Of a stretch of 64,000 nt of DNA, positions 6,760 through 18,400 are shown piece after piece. This DNA comes from a virus. The position numbers and the translations under genes are program-made. The notes under the pieces were generated by a model, which was not told the DNA's origin, did no database searches, and worked only from the letters and a program-made list of their open reading frames with translations. Numbering within the stretch: position 1 is the first letter of the stretch; each line of letters starts with the position of its first letter. The stretch is taken from positions 32,001 through 96,000 of IMG/VR virus record IMGVR_UViG_3300035034_003571, one strand, 5' to 3'.

Positions 6760-9377
6760 TATAGTTCTTCAAATGATATCTGTCCTGTTGATGGAGGGGG
6801 ATTAGTATTTCTATCTCCACCTTTTATTAATAAAGCTTCTATATCAGAAGCACTTATTATACCTTCTGCTGCCTTCCCAAAATCCTCAGCAGTTAAGTTA
6901 GGGTATATTATATAACCATCATTTCCAGGAACCATAAAATAATTATAGATTCCCTGATGAGTCCATTCAGCGCAATCAAATGCATAAATGAGAGCTGCAA
7001 CAGAATTAATTAATGCGTCCCCAGTAAATGGTCCGCTAGGGTTAACGTTTATAACACTTTGAGTATTAACAGGGGAAAGAGTACTGTCCGCATTTCCATC
7101 AGAAGGATTTATTGTTAAAACAGAAGGGGTTTTAGTAACCTTTGTTTGACCAAGTCCTGGGACCACATCTCTAATTTGTGAATCTGTCCTTTCTGTTGGT
7201 TGGGTATCTACCCTATCCGCGACTTCCCTAATACTTCTTCTTTCTACCTGGTTTTCATTATTATCTTCTTTCCAGATCCCTCTATATAAAACAGATGCTG
7301 ACCCAAATTCAATGACTTGCTTTTTTGGATTTTTTGGAAGGGGTACTTCTTTTCTGAATGCTTCCTCTCTGAGGGAAGATTCTCTTTCTTTGCTTCTAGA
7401 TATTTCATTAACCGGAGATATCCTCGAATCTACCGGAGATCTAGAGGAACTGTCGGAAATCCGATTAGAAGAAACAGCATTTGAAACTGAACTCCTGGTT
7501 ATGGAGTTAGGTTCATATCCGATTTCTCTGGAAGTTGTATTTCTTGATACTGAAGGTTCCCTAACTATAGAATTATCGGAGGAAGCTCTTCCAACTTCAC
7601 TTCTTTCAAAAGCAATCTCTTTAGATAATTCGTCTTTCTGTCTAGTAGTTTTTTCTTCTTTATTTTTAACTAAAGGAATATTAGATATGTAATAATTCTC
7701 ATTAGTAAAATTTAATATTTTTTCGGATAATACCTCTTCTACCAGAAATGCTATTTGTCCCTTAGCTGGATTGGCTATATTTTTATTGACTAGACTTGGT
7801 ATTGTTAACTTTTTGCCTTTATCGTCTATAAAAACTAACTTATAATCTCCGGAGCTAGATAAATCTATCTCGTTTGGAACACCGTCTTTCCCCTGAGTAT
7901 AAAAAGTAAACTTATAGTAATTATCGAAAGGGGCTATTTTTATTATGGCCTTTCCTTTACCATATATCTCTCCGGTTGAAGTTTCTCTATCAACAACCAA
8001 TTGGGGAAGTCTGGATAGGGGATCTGACGTGGAAGATACTTTTAAATTAGAAAGAGAAGTTGTTACGTCTAATTGCTGTATAAAAACATTAGCATATTTT
8101 ACTATCTCAAGTGTAACGTTTTCTTCTATAGTTTGATTTAACTGTATAGAGGGTTGGTCATAAACTTTATTATAAACCTTATGTAATACTGGATTTTCCG
8201 AAATTTGCAATGGGGTTATTTTGGTTCCATATCTACCTGGAGACTCGGAAGTATAACTGCTTATTCTTATAACGCTAGTATTATCTTTATTATTAACCAA
8301 TGACATAGTATACCTTAAAATAAAGCTATTAGCCACTGATGAGTTTCTTACTATCGGTCTAAATAGATTTGGTACATCATATGCAGTAGTTTGATTATTA
8401 CTGAAATTTGATGTCTCTATAAAAGCTGTTCCTATTTGCTCTATAACCTCAATTTGGTGGTATATAAAATAGCTATTTCCTATGGAATTTTGGAATAATA
8501 TAAAATCCTCTATAAACCCTCCATTATCAGTAGCAAAATATTCGAAAAATTCACCGGAATCTGAAGGCTTGATAACTGCACCCACGTTTTTAAATGGATT
8601 TTCTTGCTCCAAAGAAAAGGTTGCTCTATTTGCAGTCCCGTATTTAGGATATCCGTTGAAATCGCTAATGGAATTTACTTCATCCACAAATATTCTCATT
8701 GGAGAAGATGAGTTAAATCCGGTCCCGCTTTTACTTAATAATGATGCTAGAGTTGATGGTTTATTTGAATCAGTAGCAGCATTATATTTATTCTGCATAT
8801 CCAGTAAATTAGGAATCTTAATCTCTATATACTTATCATAGATATTAGCCCCTATATTAATGGGGGATGTATTTAGAGTATAAACTTCCTGAGTACCTTT
8901 TTTTATTAGTATTGAAGCTACTGTAACATAAGATCCGTCTTGATCCTCATATTTAATAGAATTAATAAGTCCATCTATATTATTTAGGTTATATCCAGCT
9001 CTGATATGAAATCTAACTGAATCATAAATCACGTTTATATTGGAAGGAAATATTACCGGAAGATCGACAGTTGAAGTTAAATTATTATCGAAATCATTAA
9101 AAGCAATAACTAGGTTAGAATCTAAGGTTACGTAATTACTTCCGTCGATTTTTATAACACTATTTTCATTCGTATTGTTAGTTAAATCTATATCCTCAGT
9201 TGGATTTAATACTTGTATATCATTTTCTAGATAACCATTTACTATTTTTTGATAACCTACTGTATTTGTTCCCGTATTTACTGGATAGGTTTCCGGAGTT
9301 GGTGCGTCTGCATACCTAAATTCCATAAGCATATATGGAGTCAATGTTGCGTATTTAGATGATGTAGTAAATGCCAT
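6759..9377 (-). CDS. Putative virion structural protein with Ser/Arg-rich low-complexity insert
   Basis: 872-aa beta-rich ORF within the structural block. Confidence 0.55.
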   Translation of the reverse strand: MAFTTSSKYATLTPYMLMEFRYADAPTPETYPVNTGTNTVGYQKIVNGYLENDIQVLNPTEDIDLTNNTNENSVIKIDGSNYVTLDSNLVIAFNDFDNNLTSTVDLPVIFPSNINVIYDSVRFHIRAGYNLNNIDGLINSIKYEDQDGSYVTVASILIKKGTQEVYTLNTSPINIGANIYDKYIEIKIPNLLDMQNKYNAATDSNKPSTLASLLSKSGTGFNSSSPMRIFVDEVNSISDFNGYPKYGTANRATFSLEQENPFKNVGAVIKPSDSGEFFEYFATDNGGFIEDFILFQNSIGNSYFIYHQIEVIEQIGTAFIETSNFSNNQTTAYDVPNLFRPIVRNSSVANSFILRYTMSLVNNKDNTSVIRISSYTSESPGRYGTKITPLQISENPVLHKVYNKVYDQPSIQLNQTIEENVTLEIVKYANVFIQQLDVTTSLSNLKVSSTSDPLSRLPQLVVDRETSTGEIYGKGKAIIKIAPFDNYYKFTFYTQGKDGVPNEIDLSSSGDYKLVFIDDKGKKLTIPSLVNKNIANPAKGQIAFLVEEVLSEKILNFTNENYYISNIPLVKNKEEKTTRQKDELSKEIAFERSEVGRASSDNSIVREPSVSRNTTSREIGYEPNSITRSSVSNAVSSNRISDSSSRSPVDSRISPVNEISRSKERESSLREEAFRKEVPLPKNPKKQVIEFGSASVLYRGIWKEDNNENQVERRSIREVADRVDTQPTERTDSQIRDVVPGLGQTKVTKTPSVLTINPSDGNADSTLSPVNTQSVINVNPSGPFTGDALINSVAALIYAFDCAEWTHQGIYNYFMVPGNDGYIIYPNLTAEDFGKAAEGIISASDIEALLIKGGDRNTNPPPSTGQISFEEL

Positions 9378-9389
9378 TAATATCTTTAT

Positions 9390-10190
9390 TTATTTTCCGA
9401 ACTGTAAAAATTTAGGACTGTAATTTAAGCCAAGTCCAATATAAGGTCCAGTTGAATATCCATCTTTAGAAAATGCCATTCCGTATCCTACATTTAAACC
9501 TAACCCGAATTCTTTTCTGTTAGCTTTTAAAGCCTCTTTGGAATCAGAATCAGTTATATCTATCGCCTGGATATCTTCAAAGGATAGATTTGGATATTCA
9601 GTATAAAGTCTTATAAAGGTCCTTTTACTTTTAGGGTCCCTAAATAATCCTGTTTTAATATCTATTTTTTGTGTTATGTCTAGCTTATATTCACCAAAAA
9701 CTACAGGATTCAAAGTATCCGAACAATCCAAAGAATATGGGACTCCACCTATTAATCTGAATGCATTAGCTCCAGGGAGCTCTGGGTTATAATCAAATAT
9801 TAATTTTCCAGTAGAATCGTTAATATTAAAAACATTACTAGGAGCTACTATTATGGTATCTCTGTATTTTATTACCGTTCTAATTATAACTTTTGGTGGT
9901 TTACTTCTTTCAAACTGTAGCTCATTATAAAGATCTCTATTTTCCCTTTTTAATTCAGCTTGTGTTTTTTCAAATGCAGATTTTTCTACTAATAGAGTAT
10001 TTTTTTCTGAAGTGATTATCCTAACGCTATCCTTCAAAGCTAGGTAATTACCCAGCCTCCTATCAGATTCTATTCTTTCTTTAGCTATATTATTACATCC
10101 TCTCAAATAAAAAAGCGAAAGAATTCCTATAAGAATATAAGGGAATATCCTAGAATTTAAAAATTTCCATATGAAGTTTAAAAAAATCAT
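9390..10190 (-). CDS. Membrane-anchored coiled-coil protein, spanin-like candidate
   Basis: N-terminal hydrophobic helix ending LRGC, coiled coil, C-terminal amphipathic beta strands FGLGLNVGYG...YIGLGLNYS. Confidence 0.5.
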   Translation of the reverse strand: MIFLNFIWKFLNSRIFPYILIGILSLFYLRGCNNIAKERIESDRRLGNYLALKDSVRIITSEKNTLLVEKSAFEKTQAELKRENRDLYNELQFERSKPPKVIIRTVIKYRDTIIVAPSNVFNINDSTGKLIFDYNPELPGANAFRLIGGVPYSLDCSDTLNPVVFGEYKLDITQKIDIKTGLFRDPKSKRTFIRLYTEYPNLSFEDIQAIDITDSDSKEALKANRKEFGLGLNVGYGMAFSKDGYSTGPYIGLGLNYSPKFLQFGK

Positions 10191-10453
10191 TTATTTTTTC
10201 CCTTATCTTCAGAAAGTATCCATTTATTTTTAATAGGATCAAATTTACCAGGTCCGTATATTTTTTCTAAATTAGAAAAGAATTCAAGCTCTTCACTTCT
10301 CATTTTATTTAAAGATTCGGATAAATCTATGGCTCTCGTTTTAACTTTTTTTATCTTTGAATGACACTCGTCCATTTCATTTCGAATGTTAGTATATCCT
10401 TCGATCATTTCTTCAATTTTCTCGAAGTGTTCGTTTTCTATGTTTCTTTCCAT
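10187..10453 (-). CDS. Hypothetical coiled-coil protein
   Basis: ORF overlapping next start by 4 nt; GAATATATA at 10458-10466. Confidence 0.6.
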   Translation of the reverse strand: MERNIENEHFEKIEEMIEGYTNIRNEMDECHSKIKKVKTRAIDLSESLNKMRSEELEFFSNLEKIYGPGKFDPIKNKWILSEDKGKNK

Positions 10454-10500
10454 GTTTTATATATTCATTAAATTTTATTCTCTTTAAAAATATGTGAATC

Positions 10501-12186
10501 TTACCCATCTAATGGTAAATCATCAGTTGGTAAAGGAGAGGAATCAACAGAAGCTGATGACATATTTAGAATCCCGGAGGAATCTACGGTTCTATAAAAT
10601 GCCCTTTTACCTCCGCTGTAATAAACAAGCTCAAAAGTTTGGGCAGGGCGGTCAAATGTTATTATATTATCCGAAAATGCATCAGGTCTTCTGTATATTA
10701 TACCACCAAATCTGAGATTTGATGTTGAATAAAATGGATTTTTATTCCTTCTATAATAAAATCTATAGGGTACAGTAACATCACCACTCCAAACCCCGCT
10801 AAGATTTAATTCTTCTCCGGTTTTGACTCTAACCCAAACTGCATTTTCTTCCGGACCAGTGGGGCCTGAGGAATTATTAGTCTCTAGTGATATTCCTCTC
10901 TTAGAATAGTATGTGGAATTTCTTAGGTCAACTACTGAATATTGGGTACCTGATTTTGTTTTATTACTATATGAAACAATAGCGTTATTATTCCCTCTAA
11001 CCGGATAAGATCCGGTAGCTCCTGGGAATCCGTTTTTAATATACGGAAGATTTAAATTTATATTATCTGGATTTATTCTAACTATTTCTGTTCTAAATGA
11101 ACCTTCCCCCTTATTTTGTTCCTTTGATCTAAAATCTTCCAATACTATAGATTCTGTTACTGTATCTAAGTTTGATAGAGAATAGGAGGAGGTTTCCATT
11201 ACTGATGAACTTGGAATTGACGTAATAACAGAAACTCTAGGTCTATATAGCTGCGGGCCTCCGCCTTTACTTGCTATTATAGAATCTTCACTATTAATTT
11301 CTAAACCTCTGTCAAATTTACTTAGAGTGGAATTTACTATAAAGTTCGTGGATTTACTTTCAAAGCTTCCTTCTAAATCAATAATTGCTCTTCCGTCTCC
11401 GGATTTAAAATAAATATCTCCTGTGGAATTTACTAAAAACCTAGAAACTGTAGTTAATTCTACGTTTCCGTTTTCAGAAGCTAAAATTTCTTTAGAGCCA
11501 GCTAATAAGCTTAAATCATTTCCAGACTCAAACCTTAGACTCCCTGAAGATCTATAATCTAATCCATAATTTTCTGAAGCTGTTGCACCCCAATATATGG
11601 AAGGGGGTTGTGAGTCAGAATAGTTTAATTTAGAAAAAGTAAATATAGGAAGCTCTGATTCACCGGAGGTTACGAGTCTAAGCTTGGAATAATTTGGATT
11701 TATGTTACTTTCCTCTAAAAATACGTTACTTAATACCAATGTTTCCTTCCAAGGGGATGAATAATTGGAAGGTATAATAGCATCCTTATTATTTATTCCT
11801 CCAGCTCCTAAGATTTCTTGAAAATTAGTAAATATAGAACTTTTAGAAAGCGTTTCATTGGTAAATACCCAACTGGAGCCGTCATAAAAATAAATAAAAT
11901 CTGAACCGGTTGGTCCAGGAGAGGTATTTATCCAATAATCATACACATTCAAATCATCACCTGTTGGTGGAGAGTCTTGTTTGTACCAATTACTAGCTTT
12001 TTCACCCGTTATTCCGGTAACCCCTTTAGATCCAATCGGTCCTGTAGTTCCCATGGGTCCATTTGGTCCTATATCACCAACATATCCTATTCCATGGAAT
12101 AAAACCTGATCAAAGTTAATATTTACTTTATCTACAATCTTATCCTGATTGTCGTTATCTTCAATATATTTAAAATTAATTTTCAT
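10501..12186 (-). CDS. Collagen-stalk tail fibre-like protein, paralogue C
   Basis: DKVNINF + 10 Gly-X-Y triplets + DYWIN + NPNYSKL. Confidence 0.7.
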   Translation of the reverse strand: MKINFKYIEDNDNQDKIVDKVNINFDQVLFHGIGYVGDIGPNGPMGTTGPIGSKGVTGITGEKASNWYKQDSPPTGDDLNVYDYWINTSPGPTGSDFIYFYDGSSWVFTNETLSKSSIFTNFQEILGAGGINNKDAIIPSNYSSPWKETLVLSNVFLEESNINPNYSKLRLVTSGESELPIFTFSKLNYSDSQPPSIYWGATASENYGLDYRSSGSLRFESGNDLSLLAGSKEILASENGNVELTTVSRFLVNSTGDIYFKSGDGRAIIDLEGSFESKSTNFIVNSTLSKFDRGLEINSEDSIIASKGGGPQLYRPRVSVITSIPSSSVMETSSYSLSNLDTVTESIVLEDFRSKEQNKGEGSFRTEIVRINPDNINLNLPYIKNGFPGATGSYPVRGNNNAIVSYSNKTKSGTQYSVVDLRNSTYYSKRGISLETNNSSGPTGPEENAVWVRVKTGEELNLSGVWSGDVTVPYRFYYRRNKNPFYSTSNLRFGGIIYRRPDAFSDNIITFDRPAQTFELVYYSGGKRAFYRTVDSSGILNMSSASVDSSPLPTDDLPLDG

Positions 12187-13796
12187 ATTTCAAGTACTCC
12201 AGTTTGTATTCCCCCAGTTAAACCATAAGCTTCATAATAAAGCCCATAATCTATAGCTTCCTCTGGATCCTCTCCGAAGGCTATTCTAGTTATATCTTTT
12301 TTATAATTAACTAAATGAAAATCTATGACGAAAGCGGAACCTCTTATATTATCCCATTCCCCCTCATTCCCGGGTCTAGGATAATAATTACTAGCCCCTG
12401 TTCCACCACCAATTCCAACAGCAGTAAATCCTTGGGATTCACTAGAAGTTTTTACACTGAATGATATACATTTATCTATTCCCATATAATATTCGGAAAG
12501 CTCGCTTACGTTAACATATAATGCTCTATTAATTATAGAGAAATTAGTAGTAACTATAATATCTTCCTCTCCATCCCAATCAATCCTACCAAATAAAGAT
12601 TCCCCCGTTGCAGTTGAAGGGTATATTGCATGCCAATTATAGGTAATAGAATTATAAGCCCCGTGGGTTTCAGTAGATTGGTTAGTCTGATCTCTCCGAA
12701 TTCCAGTTTTTCTAGAAATTTTCATTTCTCCCTTTTGATCCAATCTAAGATAATTAGTAGATCCTAATTTAGAATTCCAAAGGTTTCCACTCCCAGAATT
12801 TTTATTAACTGTTATTCCTATCCCACCCCCTCGAGTATCTAAATAATTTTCAACTGATAGAGATTGTTTATCATAGCCTTCAGTTACGGTAGAAACATTA
12901 ATTGGTGAAGCTAAAGATGAGGAATCGTCAAATAATCCAATCCCAGTGGAAAAATTAGAAGATGTTATTCTTAGAGTATTGTTTCCCGATCCCTCGAGAT
13001 CAGTCATTATTACATCCCCAGTAGTATTAATTTCCATACCACCAACAAAAATATCTGCAGAACCCGATTGGGATTCTAATATAACTTTTCCTGAATTGGA
13101 ATTAAGTTTTAAATTTCCACCTATTTCGAATTTAATTCCTCCCCTTCTTATGGACCAAGATAAATCATAAGTATTATTAGAAACCGAATCTTCTCCCCAT
13201 TCAAATATGGGACTTTTATCGTAACTTCCTGTACCCCCACCAGCTTTAGAAAATTCTAATAAAGGTTGAGTTAATTGATCAAAGTCAGTGGAGGATCCAG
13301 GAGAGGTTTCTAATACAACTCTTGAATACTGAGGGTTTAGTTTATCTGCATCTGGGGTTGAACTATTAAGGACAAATGTATTTGTGGATGGATTAGATGA
13401 ACTTTGAACCAAAGCATCCTTAAAATCTGGTCCCTCTACTCCCGAGAGCCTTTTAAATTGCTCATCCGCCTTTAGATTAAAATTTTGGTAAACCCAAACA
13501 GAATCTGAAAGTAAATAAACCTTATTAAGATCAGCTATATTTACCCAATAGTCACCATCTAAAGCATCAGAAGGTTCCAAAGGATCTAAAAACCATAGAG
13601 ATCCCCTTTCTCCTCTAAGACCTTTAGATCCCAAAGGTCCAATAGGACCCATTTTCCCAGGATATCCTATTTCACCATTTCTTCCATAAGGACCCCCAAA
13701 AAAATCTTGTACATCAGAAAAATTTTGGTTTATCTTATCAGAAAATGTTTCCTGAGACTCACCCTGATTTATTCTATTTAATTTTAATTCGTCCAT
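12183..13796 (-). CDS. Collagen-stalk tail fibre-like protein, paralogue B
   Basis: DKINQNF + 10 Gly-X-Y triplets + GDYWVN + NPQYSRV, LLEFSK. Confidence 0.7.
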   Translation of the reverse strand: MDELKLNRINQGESQETFSDKINQNFSDVQDFFGGPYGRNGEIGYPGKMGPIGPLGSKGLRGERGSLWFLDPLEPSDALDGDYWVNIADLNKVYLLSDSVWVYQNFNLKADEQFKRLSGVEGPDFKDALVQSSSNPSTNTFVLNSSTPDADKLNPQYSRVVLETSPGSSTDFDQLTQPLLEFSKAGGGTGSYDKSPIFEWGEDSVSNNTYDLSWSIRRGGIKFEIGGNLKLNSNSGKVILESQSGSADIFVGGMEINTTGDVIMTDLEGSGNNTLRITSSNFSTGIGLFDDSSSLASPINVSTVTEGYDKQSLSVENYLDTRGGGIGITVNKNSGSGNLWNSKLGSTNYLRLDQKGEMKISRKTGIRRDQTNQSTETHGAYNSITYNWHAIYPSTATGESLFGRIDWDGEEDIIVTTNFSIINRALYVNVSELSEYYMGIDKCISFSVKTSSESQGFTAVGIGGGTGASNYYPRPGNEGEWDNIRGSAFVIDFHLVNYKKDITRIAFGEDPEEAIDYGLYYEAYGLTGGIQTGVLEI

Positions 13797-13813
13797 TCAA
13801 CTTATATATTCTA

Positions 13814-15490
13814 TTAATTTTGGGTAGTAAAAAATCCGCATCCATCAGAGCTTTTAAAATGAATTAAATCACCATCAGCTAAATGTCCGCTGACTTGTTT
13901 TATGATAGTAACCTCGACAAAGTTAGTTCCGTTTGGAAAATCGTGGACGTATGTACGGGGAGCTGTATAATCATTAAATACAAAAGAATTAAATGGGGCC
14001 ACTAAAGTAACCCCAAAACTGTCTATTTTACGGGATGTACTTGCACTTCTTATTGTGAACTTTAATGTTTCTCCGATATTTTTTAAGTTATTTAAATATG
14101 ATATTCCGTCAGTAATATTTAATTGCAAACCAACTCCGAACATACTATCATCAGGAATTCCGCTAGGGTTTATTATTATTTCATTTTTATCGTTGGCAAA
14201 TGAAGTTTTTTTGGATGACACAGGTTCTATATAATCTATGTTACCAAAAAGGTACCATGTTCTACTTTGGCCGAAATTGGAATTAGTGTTATCGGAAAGC
14301 TCGTTTACCAAAGTGAAACCATTAGATTCCTTAGGGAAATATATAGATCCTGCAGAAGAAATAGAAAATTTATCTTCCTTGATCTCATCCTCAAGAGTTT
14401 CTATTTTTAATAGATAATTTTCTGGCTTATATCCAAGTAAGCCTTTAGTAAAAGATCCACCTCCTAGAGAAACCTCTAGAGTACCAGATCCTTCCTGTAC
14501 TGTATCAATTTTAGAAGAAACTCTAATAGCTGGAAAGTTTGGATTTCCTTGAGAATCTATATCTAAACTATTATTCAACTGTATTCTATTAGAAGATGCT
14601 ATATCATGCTCGATATTTCTATAAGAAGGCTTATAAAAGCCATCAGGGGAAGACATTAGAAAAGATCCACCTGAAGTTATTTGAAATGGATCAGGGCTAT
14701 TAGAACTTGTACCAAAAGTAAATCCGGAAGAAGCTCTTACATTAACCTCGCCATTTACATTGAAAATCATATCATGCCTTACGGAATCACTAACATCCAA
14801 AGTTTGTATATTTAATTTGGAATTTGGTGCTAAAAAAGTAATATCCGAATTATTATCGCTTGGGTTAGTAAAACTTATTCTAGGATGGCTTAAATAATCA
14901 GAGGGTGTTCCGTCCGAAAGATCCCCTCTAGAAAATTCCAAAAGCGAGTTCTCCCCAGAGATTTCAGAATCAGTGGATATAAGAAACATGGAATGCAAAG
15001 GATTTGAATTCATCTGACCCAAAGTGGTATCGGAAAAATTAAAAGTAGTACTTTCATTTAGATTTTTATAGAATATAGCGCTAGCTGCAGTAGCTCCTGA
15101 AATATTTTCTATATTTTCTAACCTTCCAAATTGAGAATTTGAAGAAAGGTTTATCCCCGTTTCTACCCAGCCTAATTCTGAAAACTTTTTAAGTAAAGAA
15201 GTGCTACCAAATGTATCAATCCAATAATCCCCATTAACCATCACATTTCCTGGTCCTCCTTGAGGCGAAGAATCTCCTACAAACCATCTAGTTCCTCTAA
15301 TACCCTGATTACCGGTAGGTCCTTGATCGCCTGGTAATCCGATCTGGCCTGTAGCTCCTGTAGCTCCCCTTGATCCCAAATTACCTCCCTGAAGGTAATG
15401 GAGACCTACGAAATTTGAATTTATTTTATCAACCAAGGCATTTTGAGAATCAGTCGGTAATATTTTTTGTATTTTTGGGTCCCTTCTCAT
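13814..15490 (-). CDS. Collagen-stalk tail fibre-like protein, paralogue A
   Basis: DKINSNF + 10 Gly-X-Y triplets + GDYWID + NPLHSMF, LLEFSR. Confidence 0.7.
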   Translation of the reverse strand: MRRDPKIQKILPTDSQNALVDKINSNFVGLHYLQGGNLGSRGATGATGQIGLPGDQGPTGNQGIRGTRWFVGDSSPQGGPGNVMVNGDYWIDTFGSTSLLKKFSELGWVETGINLSSNSQFGRLENIENISGATAASAIFYKNLNESTTFNFSDTTLGQMNSNPLHSMFLISTDSEISGENSLLEFSRGDLSDGTPSDYLSHPRISFTNPSDNNSDITFLAPNSKLNIQTLDVSDSVRHDMIFNVNGEVNVRASSGFTFGTSSNSPDPFQITSGGSFLMSSPDGFYKPSYRNIEHDIASSNRIQLNNSLDIDSQGNPNFPAIRVSSKIDTVQEGSGTLEVSLGGGSFTKGLLGYKPENYLLKIETLEDEIKEDKFSISSAGSIYFPKESNGFTLVNELSDNTNSNFGQSRTWYLFGNIDYIEPVSSKKTSFANDKNEIIINPSGIPDDSMFGVGLQLNITDGISYLNNLKNIGETLKFTIRSASTSRKIDSFGVTLVAPFNSFVFNDYTAPRTYVHDFPNGTNFVEVTIIKQVSGHLADGDLIHFKSSDGCGFFTTQN

Positions 15491-15492
15491 TA

Positions 15493-18400
15493 TTATATTT
15501 TATTTATATTAAAGCTGAAATTAATAGAAGTAAATTCAGAAGGGTTTAGCCTATAATCAAATTCGAAAATTAGATCGCTTCTTTTTGTTAGAGTAAAGTT
15601 TTTATCACTTATATAACCTGTTCTAGATCGATAAGATGGAAGTATATCACCTCTAACAGATAAGTTACTTTCTTCAAATTCACTACCTAAAGATTTTATA
15701 TAAACATTAATTCCATTAGACTCAAAAATTGGAACTACATTCAAATCAATATATTCTAGTATATCATCCTCTATACTAGAAGGATCTCCAACTCCATATT
15801 CTGATATTATATGATTAACAAAATCTTTTTCTACCCCAGAATTTAATAGATATCTTTTTAACATTCTATCCATTCTAATAACCCCGGCTACATATAGAAT
15901 CTCGTCTTGCTTAAATGGATCTACTGTATTTTGCCAAAAAACTTCAACATCAGGGAAAATATCCTCGTCCATTTTTGTAATATCAACTCCAACAAAAACC
16001 TTCGGAATTTGTCCTATCCCAGATGCATTTTGGGTTTGAGTAAGGTTTTGTATAGCCTTAGAACTTTTTCTGGCTGTAGTATTTATAAAATTAATATTAG
16101 TATCTCCTTCAAATTTAGAAACCTCCATTCCTATAAAATTATTTATCCTAATATTATCGGGGGTTTTCATTATTTTTGATCCAAAGAAACTCTTGGTTTC
16201 CTTCATAGATCTTGTACCTGCAACCGGAGTTTTATCGCTAGTTGTTGTATATAAGTTATAGTATCCAGGATCCCAAGAAGATTGGAAAATAGGAAAGTCT
16301 TTTCTATCTATAGGAGTTTCGTCTATTAGAGGGTATACAGGACCTTCAGGAAGATCCTTGCTATCGGATAGAATATTTTCATCGAAAGAAACTTTTGTAT
16401 AATTTAGATTTTTAATTTTCCCAAATCCACTTTTGTTAGAACCAAAGGTTGTATTTCTGAAGGATAAATCTTTACTTGGATCTCCAGTAACAAAATCTAA
16501 TTTATCGTTATTGAACATAATTACTTTCCTAGCTATAGGTTCATAAAACCCGCTAAACCTTAGCATATCAGATTTTAAAGTTAGAGAATTTTGGAGGCTA
16601 TAAGATGTTATTTGATCCTTTCCTATTTTTTGAGGGCCTTCAGTACTTGTTTGTGAAAATACGCCAGTTTGTTTTCTATAATATGTTGGGGATTCTATAT
16701 TTAAAATAAACTGATCCTCTGTAACTACTGTTTTAAGATTTTCAGTATCCCACGAATAGGTTTTATATTTTATATAAGAATCCGATGAATTTATTCTTTT
16801 GGCTATTTGTCCCATAGAAATTCTAGAGGTTATTGGGGGAAAATATCCTTCCCCTCCGTCAACTTGATAAACAGGTTTTTCGTTATATAAAGCCTTAGAT
16901 CCGGCTGGAATAGATACCCCTCCAGTTAAACCTAAAAATGGTATATCAAAAGAATAATTACTATCCAACTTTCCAAATTCTATAAAATTCTTAGAGATTC
17001 CTATAGGCCATGGATATGTTGAAGAATTTCCAGGTACTGAAAAACTACCCTCTGAGGTGGAATTTTTATTAGAACCTTCAGAATAGGTTAATTTAATTTC
17101 CTCCCTAAGGTCAGTATCATATTCAGGATTTTCTATAATATAGACTCTACCCGGAGATATTATAGAATCTACAAAGCTATCTGAGGAATAACTTAAATCC
17201 AAACCTACGCTAAGTTTTATAGAATCTATTTTATTTAACTGAAGACTATTAGTATTCAAATATAGCTTTTTTTTGTCACTAAGGGAATATAAAAGGGTAT
17301 AGTCTACCACAGAAGAAGATTTGGTTCTAAAAGAACTAAGTTCATTTAATCTATAGTCTTCTATAACAACAGTTATTAAGAATGTTATAGATTTTTGTGT
17401 AGTGTTTTCAAGAATCTCATATTTTACAGGAGGTTGTATATCATTACTTTCCGAAACTACCTTCAATATGGAGGTAAATCTATATCCCTCATACCCACGG
17501 TAATTAGAAATAAAATTTCTAGGATCTCCCTTTCCTATATCGGTAAGATTAGATTTCTTTTTAATAACATATTTAACCCCTCTAAATACAACCTCGTAAA
17601 ATCCACCAGATTCGTCATATGAAAAGGTTCCAAAAAATTCTTTAGTTAAACCAGAAGCATTTGAATAATCTCCAGGATAATCTAATGAAGAAACAGTAAA
17701 AATACTGCTAAAATATGAAGCATTTTCGGGATCCGCGTCAAGTAGTATATTATAATCTGGAGCCTCTGGTAAATAATTTTTTTGATTATTCACCTCTTCT
17801 ATTGGATATTCCGTTGGTAAGGATTCTAATATGTACCCTTCATGAGTTAAGTAAGACGGGTCCGCTTCTTCCCTATCTATAGATGGAGAAAAATTAGTAG
17901 GAGAAAATGCAGGAGAAGAATTAAGTCTATATGGATTTCCTCTCGCATCGGTACCACCAGCTAGTGACCATTTATTTATATAAGGAACTATCCTAGAAAT
18001 ATTTGAAGTCTCTATATTATAATTTTCATTCAGATACTCGTATTCAGTATTTAATTTACCAACATTAAATAAAGTAAACTTGCTTTCATTAATTGAGGTT
18101 TTTATATCATCTATAGCTTCTATTCCATAAAATCCACTAAATAATTCTAAATTAGCCTCATATTTAACCGCATCCCCATATTGACCTGGTCCTGTATACT
18201 CCAATTGGGTATAAGGACCTGCAACTACTATAGATTTAAATCCTTTGTTTGCCTCTACAAAAAAATCGATTCCGCTGACTCCTTCGAAAACATCACCAGA
18301 ATTATAAAAAATGTTATTATATCTTATACTTCCACTTTTTACATAATAAGGTATATTGGTTTTTATAATTCCCTTCTGACCTGCTTTAATGTAGTAATAT

